The position numbers and the translations under genes are program-made. Positions 28,131 through 38,485 of a DNA stretch of 61,912 nt are shown one piece after another (the first letter of the stretch is position 1; each line of letters starts with the position of its first letter). The notes beneath the pieces were generated by a model that saw only the letters and a list, made by a program, of their open reading frames with translations, was not told the origin of the DNA and did not search any database. The DNA comes from a bacterium (GTDB lineage: Bacteria > Patescibacteriota > Minisyncoccia > Phycocordibacterales > JABMNX01), in assembly GCA_002687905.1 (NCBI GenBank), contig NZBM01000008.1, forward strand, positions 1 through 61,912, in the 5' to 3' direction.

Positions 28131-30050
28131 ATGAGCAAAATTTTAGGAATAGATTTAGGTACTACAAACTCCGCAATGGCGGCAGTCGTTAGTGGTGAGT
28201 CAACAATCGTGGAAAATGCAGAAGGTAATCGTACGACTCCTTCTGTAGTTACTGTCTCAAAGACCAATGAGCGTCTCGTAGGAGTCTTAGCGAAGCGCCA
28301 AGCAGTTACAAATCCTAAGAACACAATTTACGGGATTAAGCGTTTTGTTGGCCATCGATTTGATGATAGTGAGGTAACTAAAGACAAAGACACCGTGCCT
28401 TTTGAAATAAAGAAAGGAAGCGATGGAGGAGTACTTGTTAATTTAAGCGATAAAGATCATCGCCCAGAAGAGATCTCAGCAATGGTTCTTCAGAAGATGA
28501 AGAAAGATGCTGAAGCAAAGCTTGGCGAAGAGATAAAGGAAGCTGTTATCACTGTGCCGGCTTACTTTGACGACGCGCAGAGAAAAGCTACTAAGGATGC
28601 GGGGCAGATTGCAGGGCTTGAGGTAAAGAGAATTATAAACGAGCCAACAGCTGCAGCGCTTGCCTACGGTTTTGATAAGAAAAAGAACGAACAGATTGTG
28701 GTTTATGACTTTGGAGGTGGAACTTTTGACGTCTCTGTCCTTGAGGTGGGGGATGACGTTATCGAAGTGAAATCAACTGACGGCGATTCTCACATGGGAG
28801 GCCGCGATATTGACCAAAAAATCATTAAGTGGATTGCAGAGGAATTTAAGAAAGAAAGCGGTATTGATATTACCGGCGACCCTCTTGCACTTCAGCGCCT
28901 TGATGAGGCGGCAGAGAAGGCAAAAATAGAGCTATCAACCGCAGCGGAGAGCGAGATTAACATTCCATTTATAACGTCTGACGCAAGTGGGCCAAAGCAT
29001 CTTCTCCTAAAGCTCACACGAGCGACTCTTGAGGAGCTTGCAGGTGAGTTTATAGACAAGTCTGTTGAGATCACAAAAAGAGCTATAGAGGCATCTCCAT
29101 TTTCAGTCTCTGACATAGATGAGGTGATTCTTGTTGGTGGACAGACCCGTATGCCGCTTATAACAGAGAAAGCAAAAGAGCTATTCGGAATGGAACCAAA
29201 CAAATCAATTAACCCGGATGAAGTGGTGGCGCTTGGAGCTGCAATTCAGGCAGGAATCCTTCAGGGAGACGTAAAAGACGTACTTCTTCTTGATGTTATT
29301 CCACTATCGCTTGGTCTTGAGACACTCGGTGGTGTAGCAACAAAGCTCATTGAAAGGAATACCACTATTCCGACTTCTAAATCACAGGTCTTCTCAACTG
29401 CAGCAGACAATCAGACATCAGTTGAGGTACACGTCGTACAGGGGGAGCGTTCAATGTCAGCGGACAATAAGAGTTTAGGGCGATTTATTCTAGACGGTAT
29501 TCCGCCTGCACCGCGTGGTATGCCACAAGTGGAAGTATCATTTGATATAGATGCAAATGGAATTCTAAATGTAAAGGCTAAAGACAAGTCCTCTGGTAAG
29601 GAGCAGTCAATTAAAATTGAGGCAAGCTCAGGCCTTACGGATGAAGACATTGAAAAGATGAAAAAAGATGCAGAGACTCATGCTGATGAGGACAAGAAAA
29701 AGACTGAGCTCATTGAGGCGAAAAATCTTGCAGAGCAGCTTGCATACACTGCAGAGAAAGCGCTTAAAGACGCAGGAGATAAAGTGCCTGCTGATATAAA
29801 GAGTGATGTGGAGGATAAAGTAAAAGCACTGCGAGAGGCAAAAGATAAGGATGACCTAGAGGCAATTAAAAGCGCGATTGAAGCACTATCTGCTTCAATG
29901 CAGAAAATAGGAGAGACAATGGCAAAATCGCAAGAGGCGCAGGGTGGCGAGCAAAATCCACAAGCCGGCGGAGAAGGAGAAGGTGAAGTACGAGATGCTG
30001 ATTTTACCGAAGAGAAAAAGGAGGATAAAGGGGAAGAGGACAAAAATTGA
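28131..30050 (+). CDS. dnaK: molecular chaperone DnaK
   Basis: [32 protein letters not shown]. Confidence 0.99.
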   Translation: MSKILGIDLGTTNSAMAAVVSGESTIVENAEGNRTTPSVVTVSKTNERLVGVLAKRQAVTNPKNTIYGIKRFVGHRFDDSEVTKDKDTVPFEIKKGSDGGVLVNLSDKDHRPEEISAMVLQKMKKDAEAKLGEEIKEAVITVPAYFDDAQRKATKDAGQIAGLEVKRIINEPTAAALAYGFDKKKNEQIVVYDFGGGTFDVSVLEVGDDVIEVKSTDGDSHMGGRDIDQKIIKWIAEEFKKESGIDITGDPLALQRLDEAAEKAKIELSTAAESEINIPFITSDASGPKHLLLKLTRATLEELAGEFIDKSVEITKRAIEASPFSVSDIDEVILVGGQTRMPLITEKAKELFGMEPNKSINPDEVVALGAAIQAGILQGDVKDVLLLDVIPLSLGLETLGGVATKLIERNTTIPTSKSQVFSTAADNQTSVEVHVVQGERSMSADNKSLGRFILDGIPPAPRGMPQVEVSFDIDANGILNVKAKDKSSGKEQSIKIEASSGLTDEDIEKMKKDAETHADEDKKKTELIEAKNLAEQLAYTAEKALKDAGDKVPADIKSDVEDKVKALREAKDKDDLEAIKSAIEALSASMQKIGETMAKSQEAQGGEQNPQAGGEGEGEVRDADFTEEKKEDKGEEDKN

Positions 30051-30080
30051 TTTTATCGAAGTTAGGCGTAAAATAGTGCC

Positions 30081-31148
30081 ATGCCACATAAGGACTACTA
30101 CGAAATACTCGGGGTGGATAAAAAGGCAAGCAAAGAAGATATAAAGAAAGCGTTTAGAAAGCTTGCGCACCAATATCATCCAGATAAAAAAGATGGGAAT
30201 GAAGCTCGCTTTAAAGAGGCTAGTGATGCCTATTCAGTACTCTCTGACGATAAGAAAAGAGCAGAGTACGACGCATACGGCCGCGTCTTTTCTGGAGCTG
30301 GCGGTGCACAAGGCGGAGCCGGTTTTGATGGTTTTGATTTCTCCGGCTTTCAGCAGGGAGGCTTTGAGGACTTTGATATAGGGGACATTTTTGGAGACAT
30401 TTTTGGCGGCGGAAGAGAAAGACAAAGACGCGGCCGCGATATTTCAATTGATTTAACGATTTCATTTAAGGATTCAGTTTTTGGTATTGAACGAAAGATT
30501 TTAGTAACCAAGACCTCAAATTGTGAGGTTTGCGAAGGCTCAGGAGCAGAGTCGGGCTCCGAAATGGAAAGTTGTAATGCATGTAATGGCAAAGGGCAAA
30601 TTCATGAGACACGAAGCTCGCTTCTTGGCACATTTACAAGTGTCCGAACCTGCACCACCTGTGGTGGTGCGGGCAAAGTGCCTAAAGTAAAGTGCAAGAG
30701 CTGCAAGGGCCACGGCGTGCTAAGGAAAGAGCAGGAGATTGCTGTTGCAATTCCAGCTGGAATAAACGACGGCGAGATGATCCGCCTTACTGGCGCAGGA
30801 GAGGCGCTTAAAGGAGCGGTATCGGGCGACCTCTATATTAAGATTCACGTTGAGCCACATGAGCGGTTTAGAAAAGAGGGAAACAATCTCGTAACCGAGC
30901 TTTCAGTAAAGCTCTCTGATGCACTCCTTGGAAGCGATTACTCGCTTGAGACACTAGAAGGCGCAATTACCGTTAAAGTGCCAGCAGGAGTTTCAGTGGG
31001 GGAGATTCTTCGCGTACGTGGTAAGGGTATTCCGAACCGAGCCGGTGTGCGAGGAGATCTCTTAATAAAGATCAAAGTTCCACTTCCAAAGAAGCTATCG
31101 CGCTCTGCTAAAAAGAAAGTAGAAGAACTCCGCGAGGAGGGGATATAG
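30081..31148 (+). CDS. dnaJ: molecular chaperone DnaJ
   Basis: HPD J-domain, G/F region, four CxxCxGxG repeats. Confidence 0.98.
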   Translation: MPHKDYYEILGVDKKASKEDIKKAFRKLAHQYHPDKKDGNEARFKEASDAYSVLSDDKKRAEYDAYGRVFSGAGGAQGGAGFDGFDFSGFQQGGFEDFDIGDIFGDIFGGGRERQRRGRDISIDLTISFKDSVFGIERKILVTKTSNCEVCEGSGAESGSEMESCNACNGKGQIHETRSSLLGTFTSVRTCTTCGGAGKVPKVKCKSCKGHGVLRKEQEIAVAIPAGINDGEMIRLTGAGEALKGAVSGDLYIKIHVEPHERFRKEGNNLVTELSVKLSDALLGSDYSLETLEGAITVKVPAGVSVGEILRVRGKGIPNRAGVRGDLLIKIKVPLPKKLSRSAKKKVEELREEGI

Positions 31149-31162
31149 CCGGATATACTAAA

Positions 31163-31345
31163 ATGAATTTTCGCGAGTACTTCCAAAGTAAAGATTTAAA
31201 GAAAACTCCGAATGTAGGCTTGCATTACGAACAAAAATTTACCCCCGATCTGCTTTGGAGTGTGGCACATACAGTCCTGGATTTTACAAATGATGACACT
31301 GAGAAAGTCTTTGAAGACAAAGACATTCGAGAATCACAGATATTT
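31163..31345 (+). pseudogene. 5' fragment of a truncated gene, possibly restriction-endonuclease-like
   Basis: AT-rich frame MNFREYF...EQKFTPDLL..., then an abrupt switch to GC-rich sequence near 31345. Confidence 0.35.
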
Positions 31346-31544
31346 GGAGCATCATCCGGGCCCTCATGGCAGGTGATCTCGCCAGGGATGGCAACATATG
31401 CGTCGCCGCCGTCCAACTTGCCGAGATAGGGTCCCAGCACTTCGTCTGTCTCTCCTGCAGGAATCTGAACGTCCTCGCCACAGCCGTGCCTGAGATGCCA
31501 GCCGAAGGCGAACACGGAGTAGCTTGTGTTATTGTAATGCGCAT
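31345..31544 (-). pseudogene. frameshifted, truncated GC-rich orphan gene with its own promoter
   Basis: minus-strand TTGCTT-17-TATAGT promoter, GGAG SD, ATG 31544; coding-like frame continues after a 1-nt shift (NTSYSVFAFGWH...). Confidence 0.4.
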
Positions 31545-31647
31545 TTCACCGCTCCCAATCCAAGATTAATCAATGTTCTTTCAGGGGCGACTATAACAAA
31601 GCTATAGTCTTTAAGCAACAGCATATTTCTGGTATTATTTTGCCCAT

Positions 31648-32601
31648 ATGGCAAGTAAAAAACGCCTTGTTTCAGGCATAAAACCGACGGGCGATCTACA
31701 TCTGGGGAACTATTTTGGCGCCATGCGCCAGTTTCTTGATTATCAGGAGGAGTATGAAAGTCATTTATTCATAGCCGATTATCACGCGCTCACTACAGCG
31801 TATGAGCCAGAGAAACTCCGAGAAAGCATTTACAGGGTAGCGGCAGGGTATATTGCAATTGGTATTGATCCTAAAAAAGTAACGCTCTATAAGCAGTCCG
31901 ATATCTCCGAGCACTCAGAGCTTGCATGGGTCTTCAACTGTATTACAACAATGCCGTTTTTAATGCGTGCACACGCATTTAAGGACGCAGAGGCAAAGAA
32001 TAAAGAAATTTCAGTCGGAACATTTGACTATCCAATGCTCATGGCCGCTGACATTTTAATCTACGGAGCCGATGTGGTGCCGGTAGGGAAAGACCAACAA
32101 CAGCACATAGAAATTGCGCGGGATACTGCAGAGAAGTTCAATAGTCGCTATGGGCAAACTTTCAAGCTCCCAGAAGCGCTCATTCGCGAAGAAGTTGCTA
32201 CTGTGCCTGGAGTAGATGGCCAGAAGATGAGCAAGAGCTACAAAAATACCATTCCACTTTTTGGTTCAAAGGACGAGGTGGCAAATGCGGTGATGGGAAT
32301 TGTGACGGATTCTGACGGAGAGTTTCCAGAGTATGTATATGAAATTCACAAACTCTTTAGAGGAGAAGATGAGTTAAAACCACTCTACGGAGAAAATAAG
32401 AGCAATTACAAAGCCCTTAAAGAAGCGTTAATAGCGGACGCGGAAAAGGTGCTTTCACCAATGAGAGAAAAATACAATGCATTACTTTCAGACAAAGCGG
32501 AGCTTGAAAAAACTCTCGTCGCGGGCTCTGAGAAAGTGAAAGAACTAGCAAGCGAGAAAATGATGGACGTACGAAAGAAGGTTGGAGTTTCTCTTAATTA
32601 A
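31648..32601 (+). CDS. trpS: tryptophan--tRNA ligase
   Basis: SGIKPTGDLHLGNY, YPMLMAADIL, VPVGKDQ, KMSKS. Confidence 0.97.
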   Translation: MASKKRLVSGIKPTGDLHLGNYFGAMRQFLDYQEEYESHLFIADYHALTTAYEPEKLRESIYRVAAGYIAIGIDPKKVTLYKQSDISEHSELAWVFNCITTMPFLMRAHAFKDAEAKNKEISVGTFDYPMLMAADILIYGADVVPVGKDQQQHIEIARDTAEKFNSRYGQTFKLPEALIREEVATVPGVDGQKMSKSYKNTIPLFGSKDEVANAVMGIVTDSDGEFPEYVYEIHKLFRGEDELKPLYGENKSNYKALKEALIADAEKVLSPMREKYNALLSDKAELEKTLVAGSEKVKELASEKMMDVRKKVGVSLN

Positions 32602-32612
32602 TACTGATTAAT

Positions 32613-33938
32613 ATGGATAGAACCGCAATAGGCGAGCTAAATGAAAAAGTTGGAAGCGAAGTTAGAGTCGCTGGCTCTGTTTCTGTGCGTCGTGATCATG
32701 GCAAACTTATTTTCTTTGATCTTCGTGACCAGAGTGGCACAGTGCAAGCTGTAGTAACGCCAAAAGTAGATGCTCACAAAGTCGCAAGTGAAATGAGGCC
32801 TGAATGGGCGGTGCGAGTAGGGGGAGTAGTAAACAAAAGACCGGACAATATGGTAAATAGCGAGATTCCGCTTGGCGACATAGAACTTGAGGTAAAGGAG
32901 ATAGAAGTGCTTGGGCGCGCTCAAGAGCTTCCTTTTGATACTGATGCAGAATTAAATATTGACACTCATCTTGATTATTTACCGCTAACACTTAGAACTA
33001 AAAAAAGCCGAGCAATTTTTAAGGTGCAGTCAGAAATCGCATATGCTTTTAGAGACTCATTAAAAAAGTGCGGATTTACTGAATTTCAGGCGCCGAAAAT
33101 AATTGGAGAAGACGCAGAAGGCGGGGCCTCTGTTTTTGAGGTTGAATATTTTGATAACAAGGCAAATCTCGCGCAGAGTCCGCAATTCTACAAACAGATT
33201 ATGGTGGGTGTCTTTGAGAAAGTTTTTTCTGTTGGCTCTGTATTTCGGGCGGAGAAGCATAAGACAACAAGACATTTAAACGAATACACAAGCCTTGATA
33301 TAGAGATGGGCTACATTGAAGACCACACTGATGTGATGAAATTTACCAGTGGCCTTATGCGCGTTATAAATGAGCATCTCAAGGAGACGTGCAAAGAGGA
33401 GTTTGAGCTTCTTGGCGCAGAGTTTCCGAGTATTCCTGAGGAAATACCATACATGAAATTACGTGAAGCTCAGGAGCTAATAAAGGCAGAGTTTGGTGAA
33501 GACGGAGTTGGAGCGCCTGACCTTGAACCACAGCATGAAAGGATGATTTCAGAGTATGCAAAAAACCAATTTGATTCTGATTTTGTATTCGTAACTCATT
33601 TTCCAACATCAAAAAGGCCGATGTATACGTATCCTGACGAGGAAGATCCAACTTATACAAAAGGGTTTGACTTACTTTTTAGAGGACTTGAGATTCTTAC
33701 CGGAAGCCAGCGAATTCACGACTATGATCAGCTAGTTGAAAGCATGAAGAAAAAAGGGTTAGTCCCGGAGAAATTCTCCTTCTATTTGCAAGCATTTAAG
33801 TACGGAATGCCTCCGCATGGGGGATTTGGAATGGGTCTTGAAAGACTAACAGCACGTTTCTTAGGATTAGATAATGTAAAGGAAGCTACGCTTTTCCCGA
33901 GGGAGATTAATAGAATAGACACGCTACTATCTGAATAA
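32613..33938 (+). CDS. aspS: aspartate--tRNA(Asp/Asn) ligase, archaeal-type (probably non-discriminating)
   Basis: LAQSPQFYKQ, FRAE, RHLNEY, GSQRIHD, MPPHGGFGMGLER; 441 aa. Confidence 0.93.
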   Translation: MDRTAIGELNEKVGSEVRVAGSVSVRRDHGKLIFFDLRDQSGTVQAVVTPKVDAHKVASEMRPEWAVRVGGVVNKRPDNMVNSEIPLGDIELEVKEIEVLGRAQELPFDTDAELNIDTHLDYLPLTLRTKKSRAIFKVQSEIAYAFRDSLKKCGFTEFQAPKIIGEDAEGGASVFEVEYFDNKANLAQSPQFYKQIMVGVFEKVFSVGSVFRAEKHKTTRHLNEYTSLDIEMGYIEDHTDVMKFTSGLMRVINEHLKETCKEEFELLGAEFPSIPEEIPYMKLREAQELIKAEFGEDGVGAPDLEPQHERMISEYAKNQFDSDFVFVTHFPTSKRPMYTYPDEEDPTYTKGFDLLFRGLEILTGSQRIHDYDQLVESMKKKGLVPEKFSFYLQAFKYGMPPHGGFGMGLERLTARFLGLDNVKEATLFPREINRIDTLLSE

Positions 33939-33995
33939 TATGAGAATAGAGTTCAATGAGGATAAGGACCACAACAAAGCTATCAAGATTAGAAA

Positions 33996-34718
33996 ATGAA
34001 CGCATACGTTGTAAAAACAGACGTCTTTGAAGGGCCTTTAGACTTACTCCTTCAGTTGATAGAGAAGCGAAAGCTTTTTATTAATGATGTGTCTCTGGCT
34101 ACAGTTACAGACGATTACCTCTCTTACGTAGAGTCACAAAAGAAATCAGTAGGGCAAACCGCTAATTTTGTTTTAGTAGCATCTACTCTTCTTTTAATAA
34201 AGTCCAAGTCGCTTCTTCCAGTACTTGAGTTAACCGAGGAAGAGGAGCAGAGTATCGAAGATCTTGAAAGAAGGCTAAAGCTCTATAAACATTTTAGAGA
34301 ATTATCAAGAAACTTGGGTGATCGTTTTGGCAAAAATATTCTCCACTCTGGTGGAGAGAAAAGAGTCCAAGAAGTTTCTTTTGCGCCGGGAAATGATATC
34401 TCAATAAAGTCACTGAGAGAATCCATTGAGGAGGTTATCTCGTTGTTACCTAAGAAAACTTTCATTCCAGAGACAGTAGTGAAGAAAGTAGTAAGTCTTG
34501 AGGAGATGATAGAAAAATTGGCAGACAGAGTTACAAGGGCGATATCTACAAGTTTTAAAGAATTTGCAGGTCTAGAGAAAGGTGATAAGTCTGACATTGT
34601 AGTTAGTTTTCTAGCAATGCTTGAGCTTGTAAAGCAAGGAGCTATTAATGTAAGACAATCCGGTCGATTTTATGACATAACAATGGAGTCAGACGAAGTT
34701 TCCGTGCCTAAGTACTAA
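33996..34718 (+). CDS. scpA: segregation/condensation protein A
   Basis: FEGPLDLLL, IKSKSLLP, FLAMLEL. Confidence 0.95.
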   Translation: MNAYVVKTDVFEGPLDLLLQLIEKRKLFINDVSLATVTDDYLSYVESQKKSVGQTANFVLVASTLLLIKSKSLLPVLELTEEEEQSIEDLERRLKLYKHFRELSRNLGDRFGKNILHSGGEKRVQEVSFAPGNDISIKSLRESIEEVISLLPKKTFIPETVVKKVVSLEEMIEKLADRVTRAISTSFKEFAGLEKGDKSDIVVSFLAMLELVKQGAINVRQSGRFYDITMESDEVSVPKY

Positions 34719-34719
34719 T

Positions 34720-35286
34720 ATGGAATTAGAACAGAAACTTGAAGCAGTGTTATTTTTTAAAGGCGAACCTATGAAAGTAGATGAGCTTTCTGAGATTTTA
34801 GAAGTGTCTGACGTAAATATAAGGGAAGCCGCAAACAAATTAAGAGAGTCTTTAAAGGGACGAGGGCTTGTATTGGTGGAGAAAGAAAAAGCATATGCGC
34901 TAAGAACTTCAAGCGAAGTTTCTGAAATTATTGCTAAGATAAAAGAAGAAGAGCTAACAAGGGAAATTGGAAAAGCGGGTCTTGAGACCATATCGGTACT
35001 TCTTTACAAGGGTCCGTCAACGAGAGCAGAAATTGACTACATCAGAGGAGTTAATTCTACTTTCATACTGCGCACCCTTATGATACGGGGACTCGTTGAA
35101 AGAGTTAGCAATCCAAAGGATGCCCGCAGTTTTCTCTACAAACCGACTTTTGACCTACTCACTTTTCTTGGTATAAGTAGAATTGAAGAGTTGCCAAATT
35201 ATGCAGATATTAAGCTAGAAATAGAGAATTTTGAGGATAGATTAGACGAAGAAACAGAAAATGGAGAACACACCCACACAGCTTAG
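34720..35286 (+). CDS. scpB: SMC-Scp complex subunit ScpB
   Basis: LEAVLF, LETI, TRAEIDYIRGVNS. Confidence 0.95.
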   Translation: MELEQKLEAVLFFKGEPMKVDELSEILEVSDVNIREAANKLRESLKGRGLVLVEKEKAYALRTSSEVSEIIAKIKEEELTREIGKAGLETISVLLYKGPSTRAEIDYIRGVNSTFILRTLMIRGLVERVSNPKDARSFLYKPTFDLLTFLGISRIEELPNYADIKLEIENFEDRLDEETENGEHTHTA

Positions 35287-36208
35287 CGAAAGAGACTCAA
35301 CAGTGTTGAGCATAATGCTATTAGTAGGAGTAATAGGGCTTTTAGGTTTGACTCTTGATAAATATGGTGGCAGTAGGGTTGAGGTTGTAATAAAAGAACC
35401 AGTAGCAACTCCAAGTCCTTTTGCTGAAATTGAGCTTGAGGCAAGCGCGGCCTACGTATTTGACGTAAACAAGGAAGAAGCGCTATTTAGCAAAAATTCC
35501 GAGACACAACTTCCATTGGCGTCACTAACAAAAATAATGACAGCACTTGTTGCTTACGAGAGTGCTCCAGTTGATTCTGTAATTGCGATTGAAAAAGAAT
35601 CAATTGATATAGAGGGGGATAGCGGACTTAGTGAGGGCGATAATTGGCTCTTGTCTGATTTGCTTGGCTTCACACTTTTGGTCTCTTCAAATGACGGGGC
35701 GCACGCCGTAGCAAGTGCGGTAGAGTCTATTCCAAGTGACTTTGAGGATGAGGCCGAGGAGGAAACCTCTTTTATAGACAGAATGAACTCAAGAGCGAGC
35801 GAGCTTGGTCTTGTTCAAACTTATTTCATAAATGAAACCGGACTTGATCCAAACTTATCAATAAGTGGTGGGTATGGTTCTGCAAGAGATACTGTAGAGC
35901 TCTTCAGGCGGGCTATTTCAATTGCGCCGGAATTGCTTGAAGATACGGCATATAGTGAAGTTGAGTATAGTAATGGAGGAGAGGAAATGCTTGTTGCCGA
36001 GAATACAAATGAGGCAGTCAACAGCATCCCGGGATTAATTGCCTCAAAGACCGGATTTACAGATCTTGCAGGCGGCAACTTGGTGATTGCTTTTGATTCA
36101 GGGCTAAATCATCCAATAATAATTACTGTTCTAGGCTCAAGCATCGACGGTAGGTTTAGTGATGTGAATAAGCTAGTTTCAGCAAGTATTAAAGCGGTTG
36201 GACGATAG
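35261..36208 (+). CDS. D-alanyl-D-alanine carboxypeptidase (S11)
   Basis: ASLTK (SxxK), SSN (SxN), KTG motifs. Confidence 0.92.
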   Translation: MENTPTQLSERDSTVLSIMLLVGVIGLLGLTLDKYGGSRVEVVIKEPVATPSPFAEIELEASAAYVFDVNKEEALFSKNSETQLPLASLTKIMTALVAYESAPVDSVIAIEKESIDIEGDSGLSEGDNWLLSDLLGFTLLVSSNDGAHAVASAVESIPSDFEDEAEEETSFIDRMNSRASELGLVQTYFINETGLDPNLSISGGYGSARDTVELFRRAISIAPELLEDTAYSEVEYSNGGEEMLVAENTNEAVNSIPGLIASKTGFTDLAGGNLVIAFDSGLNHPIIITVLGSSIDGRFSDVNKLVSASIKAVGR

Positions 36209-36213
36209 AAAAT

Positions 36214-37272
36214 ATGGTTATAGATATAGTAAAAGTTATAGTGCCGGCTGCTTCGGCATTTTTCATTGGTATAGCCATTACACCGCTTCTTACGCATTAT
36301 TTATATAAATATAAAGCTTGGAAGAGCACGCCCGGAAAAGTAGCCCTAGACGGAAAGGAAGCTGTTGAATTTAATAAGATTCACAAAGAAAGAGAGGGAC
36401 ACACTCCCAGAATGGGAGGGATTGTGATTTGGGGAAGCGTAGTAATAACGACACTAGCCGTTTGGGGGGTTTCTAAATTTTTTCCAACAGAGACTACTAC
36501 TAAATTAGATTTTTTAAGTAGGGACCAGACTTGGATCCCGCTTTTCACTCTTGTATTTGGCGGGGTGGTCGGTTTTGTTAATGACGTTCTTGATATACGT
36601 GGCAAGACAAATGGGTTAGCTCTATCAAAAAGACTATTGGCAATTACCGCAATGGCGACATTTATTGGTTGGTGGTTTTTTGAGAAGCTTGAGATTACCG
36701 CCGTTGGGATTCCTTTTGATGGGGCAATTGATATAGGACTTCTTATAATTCCATTTTTTGTTCTCACAGTTCTGGCACTTTATGCAAGCGGAGTGATAGA
36801 TGGCATAGACGGACTTTCTGGAGGCGTCTTTGTAACGATTTTTCTAGCGTACGCTGGAATCGCCTTTTATCAACAACAGATAAACCTAGCGGCATTTTCT
36901 GCTACTGTTGCAGGTGCAATTCTTGCATTTCTTTGGTTTAATATCCCGCCGGCTAGATTTTGGATGACTGAGACCGGCACAATGAGTCTTACACTCACAA
37001 TTGTCGTAATAGCTTTCATGACAGATAGCCTAGGAGGAGGCTACGGAATAGCCGTGCTTCCAATAATTGCATTTCTTCTTGTTGCAACAGTTGCTTCTGT
37101 GATAATTCAAACTCTCTCAAAGAAATTTAGAGGAAAGAAGGTATTTAAGGTGGCACCGCTCCATCATCATTTTGAAGCAATAGGGTGGCCTGGATATAAA
37201 GTGACGATGCGATACTGGATTCTAAGCATCGTATTTGCGCTCCTAGGGGGTATTATTGCCCTAGCGGGATGA
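36214..37272 (+). CDS. mraY: phospho-N-acetylmuramoyl-pentapeptide transferase
   Basis: TPRMGG, DGIDGL, FLWFN.PPA, APLHHHFE. Confidence 0.95.
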   Translation: MVIDIVKVIVPAASAFFIGIAITPLLTHYLYKYKAWKSTPGKVALDGKEAVEFNKIHKEREGHTPRMGGIVIWGSVVITTLAVWGVSKFFPTETTTKLDFLSRDQTWIPLFTLVFGGVVGFVNDVLDIRGKTNGLALSKRLLAITAMATFIGWWFFEKLEITAVGIPFDGAIDIGLLIIPFFVLTVLALYASGVIDGIDGLSGGVFVTIFLAYAGIAFYQQQINLAAFSATVAGAILAFLWFNIPPARFWMTETGTMSLTLTIVVIAFMTDSLGGGYGIAVLPIIAFLLVATVASVIIQTLSKKFRGKKVFKVAPLHHHFEAIGWPGYKVTMRYWILSIVFALLGGIIALAG

Positions 37273-37273
37273 A

Positions 37274-37396
37274 TCCCGTTGGAGGTTGTAAAGGGTGGTT
37301 AATGACATAACGTATATATGGTAATGCACATTAAGAAAGTAAATTTTACTGGAGTAACAAACGGGAGTGGCTGAGCAGCTTCTTACCTCTAACGGG
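37274..37396. mobile_element. MITE-like structured element at the ftsW start codon / mraY stop overlap
   Basis: TIRs TCCCGTTGGAGGT / ACCTCTAACGGG, flanked by direct ATGAA (37269 and 37397). Confidence 0.65.
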
Positions 37397-38485
37397 ATGA
37401 AAATAGATAGGACACTCTTAATAATTACGATAACCCTGGTTGTAGCAGGTTTTTTTATATTTACCTCCGCCTCATTAGGGCTTCTTGCAAGGGAAGGAGC
37501 TAGGTTTTCTTCGGTGGCATTTAATCAGATATTTCTAGGTATGTTATTGGGGTCGGCCATTCTTTTTTTGACTTCACGTATTCGCTATAGAAAATGGAGA
37601 AAATATGCATTTGTGCTTTTCATAACTTCAATAGCCACAGCACTACTTGTATTCGTTCCCGGTTTAGGACTTGAGGCAGGTGGTGCTAAAAGGTGGATTC
37701 TTTTTGGTCCAGTGTCATTTCAACCTGCCGAGTTTTTAAAGATTGCGTACGTAATTTACTTAGCAGCGTACCTAACAGGAAATCGCTCTCAGACTACGAG
37801 AATCACGCACGGACTACTTCCTTTCCTTGGTATTACTGCGGCCGCTGCAATTCCTCTTATTCTTCAGCCTGATACAGGAACTCTACTTGTAATACTTTCA
37901 GCTGGGACTGCTATGTTTATCGCGGCCGGAGCGAGAGCAAGAGATGTTCTAACGATAGCTGCTGTACCAGTTATTGGAATAACAATCCTTGCGGCTATAA
38001 GACCATATGTTCGTGAAAGACTTCTTACTTTTTTCAATCCTGCTACTGATCCTTTAGGCTCAAGCTATCAGATACAGCAATCACTAATATCTATTGGTTC
38101 CGGTCAATGGTCTGGGCGAGGTTTTGGTCAGAGCGTACAGAAATTCAACTTTCTGCCAGAGCCGATAGGAGATTCTATTTTTGCGGTATTTTCAGAGGAA
38201 TTCGGTTTTATAGGCGCAAGTCTATTAATTGCTCTTTTCCTGGCTTTTGCCTTTAGGGGCTTAAAAATAGCCTCTCAAGCGCCAGATTACTTTGGTGGAC
38301 TGCTTGTCGTGGGGATTGTTATACTAATTGTGTCACAGTCGTTTATAAATATAGCCTCAATGTTAGCAGTTCTTCCGCTTACGGGGCTACCACTAGTCTT
38401 TATCAGTCACGGTGGCACAGCGCTTTTATTTGCTCTGGCAAGTATTGGAATAGTGCTGAATGTTTCAAAATATAGAAAATCATGA
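37397..38485 (+). CDS. ftsW: lipid II polymerase FtsW (SEDS family)
   Basis: GAKRWI, FQPAEFLK, QPDTG, LPEP..DSIF, TGLPL; lies between mraY and murG. Confidence 0.93.
   Translation: MKIDRTLLIITITLVVAGFFIFTSASLGLLAREGARFSSVAFNQIFLGMLLGSAILFLTSRIRYRKWRKYAFVLFITSIATALLVFVPGLGLEAGGAKRWILFGPVSFQPAEFLKIAYVIYLAAYLTGNRSQTTRITHGLLPFLGITAAAAIPLILQPDTGTLLVILSAGTAMFIAAGARARDVLTIAAVPVIGITILAAIRPYVRERLLTFFNPATDPLGSSYQIQQSLISIGSGQWSGRGFGQSVQKFNFLPEPIGDSIFAVFSEEFGFIGASLLIALFLAFAFRGLKIASQAPDYFGGLLVVGIVILIVSQSFINIASMLAVLPLTGLPLVFISHGGTALLFALASIGIVLNVSKYRKS

Noticed and set aside
37367..37396. N-terminal extensions of FtsW, CorA (47561) and YchF (3235) in the ORF track
   Set aside because: They come from repeat elements or overlap the upstream gene; downstream ATGs fit the family starts.
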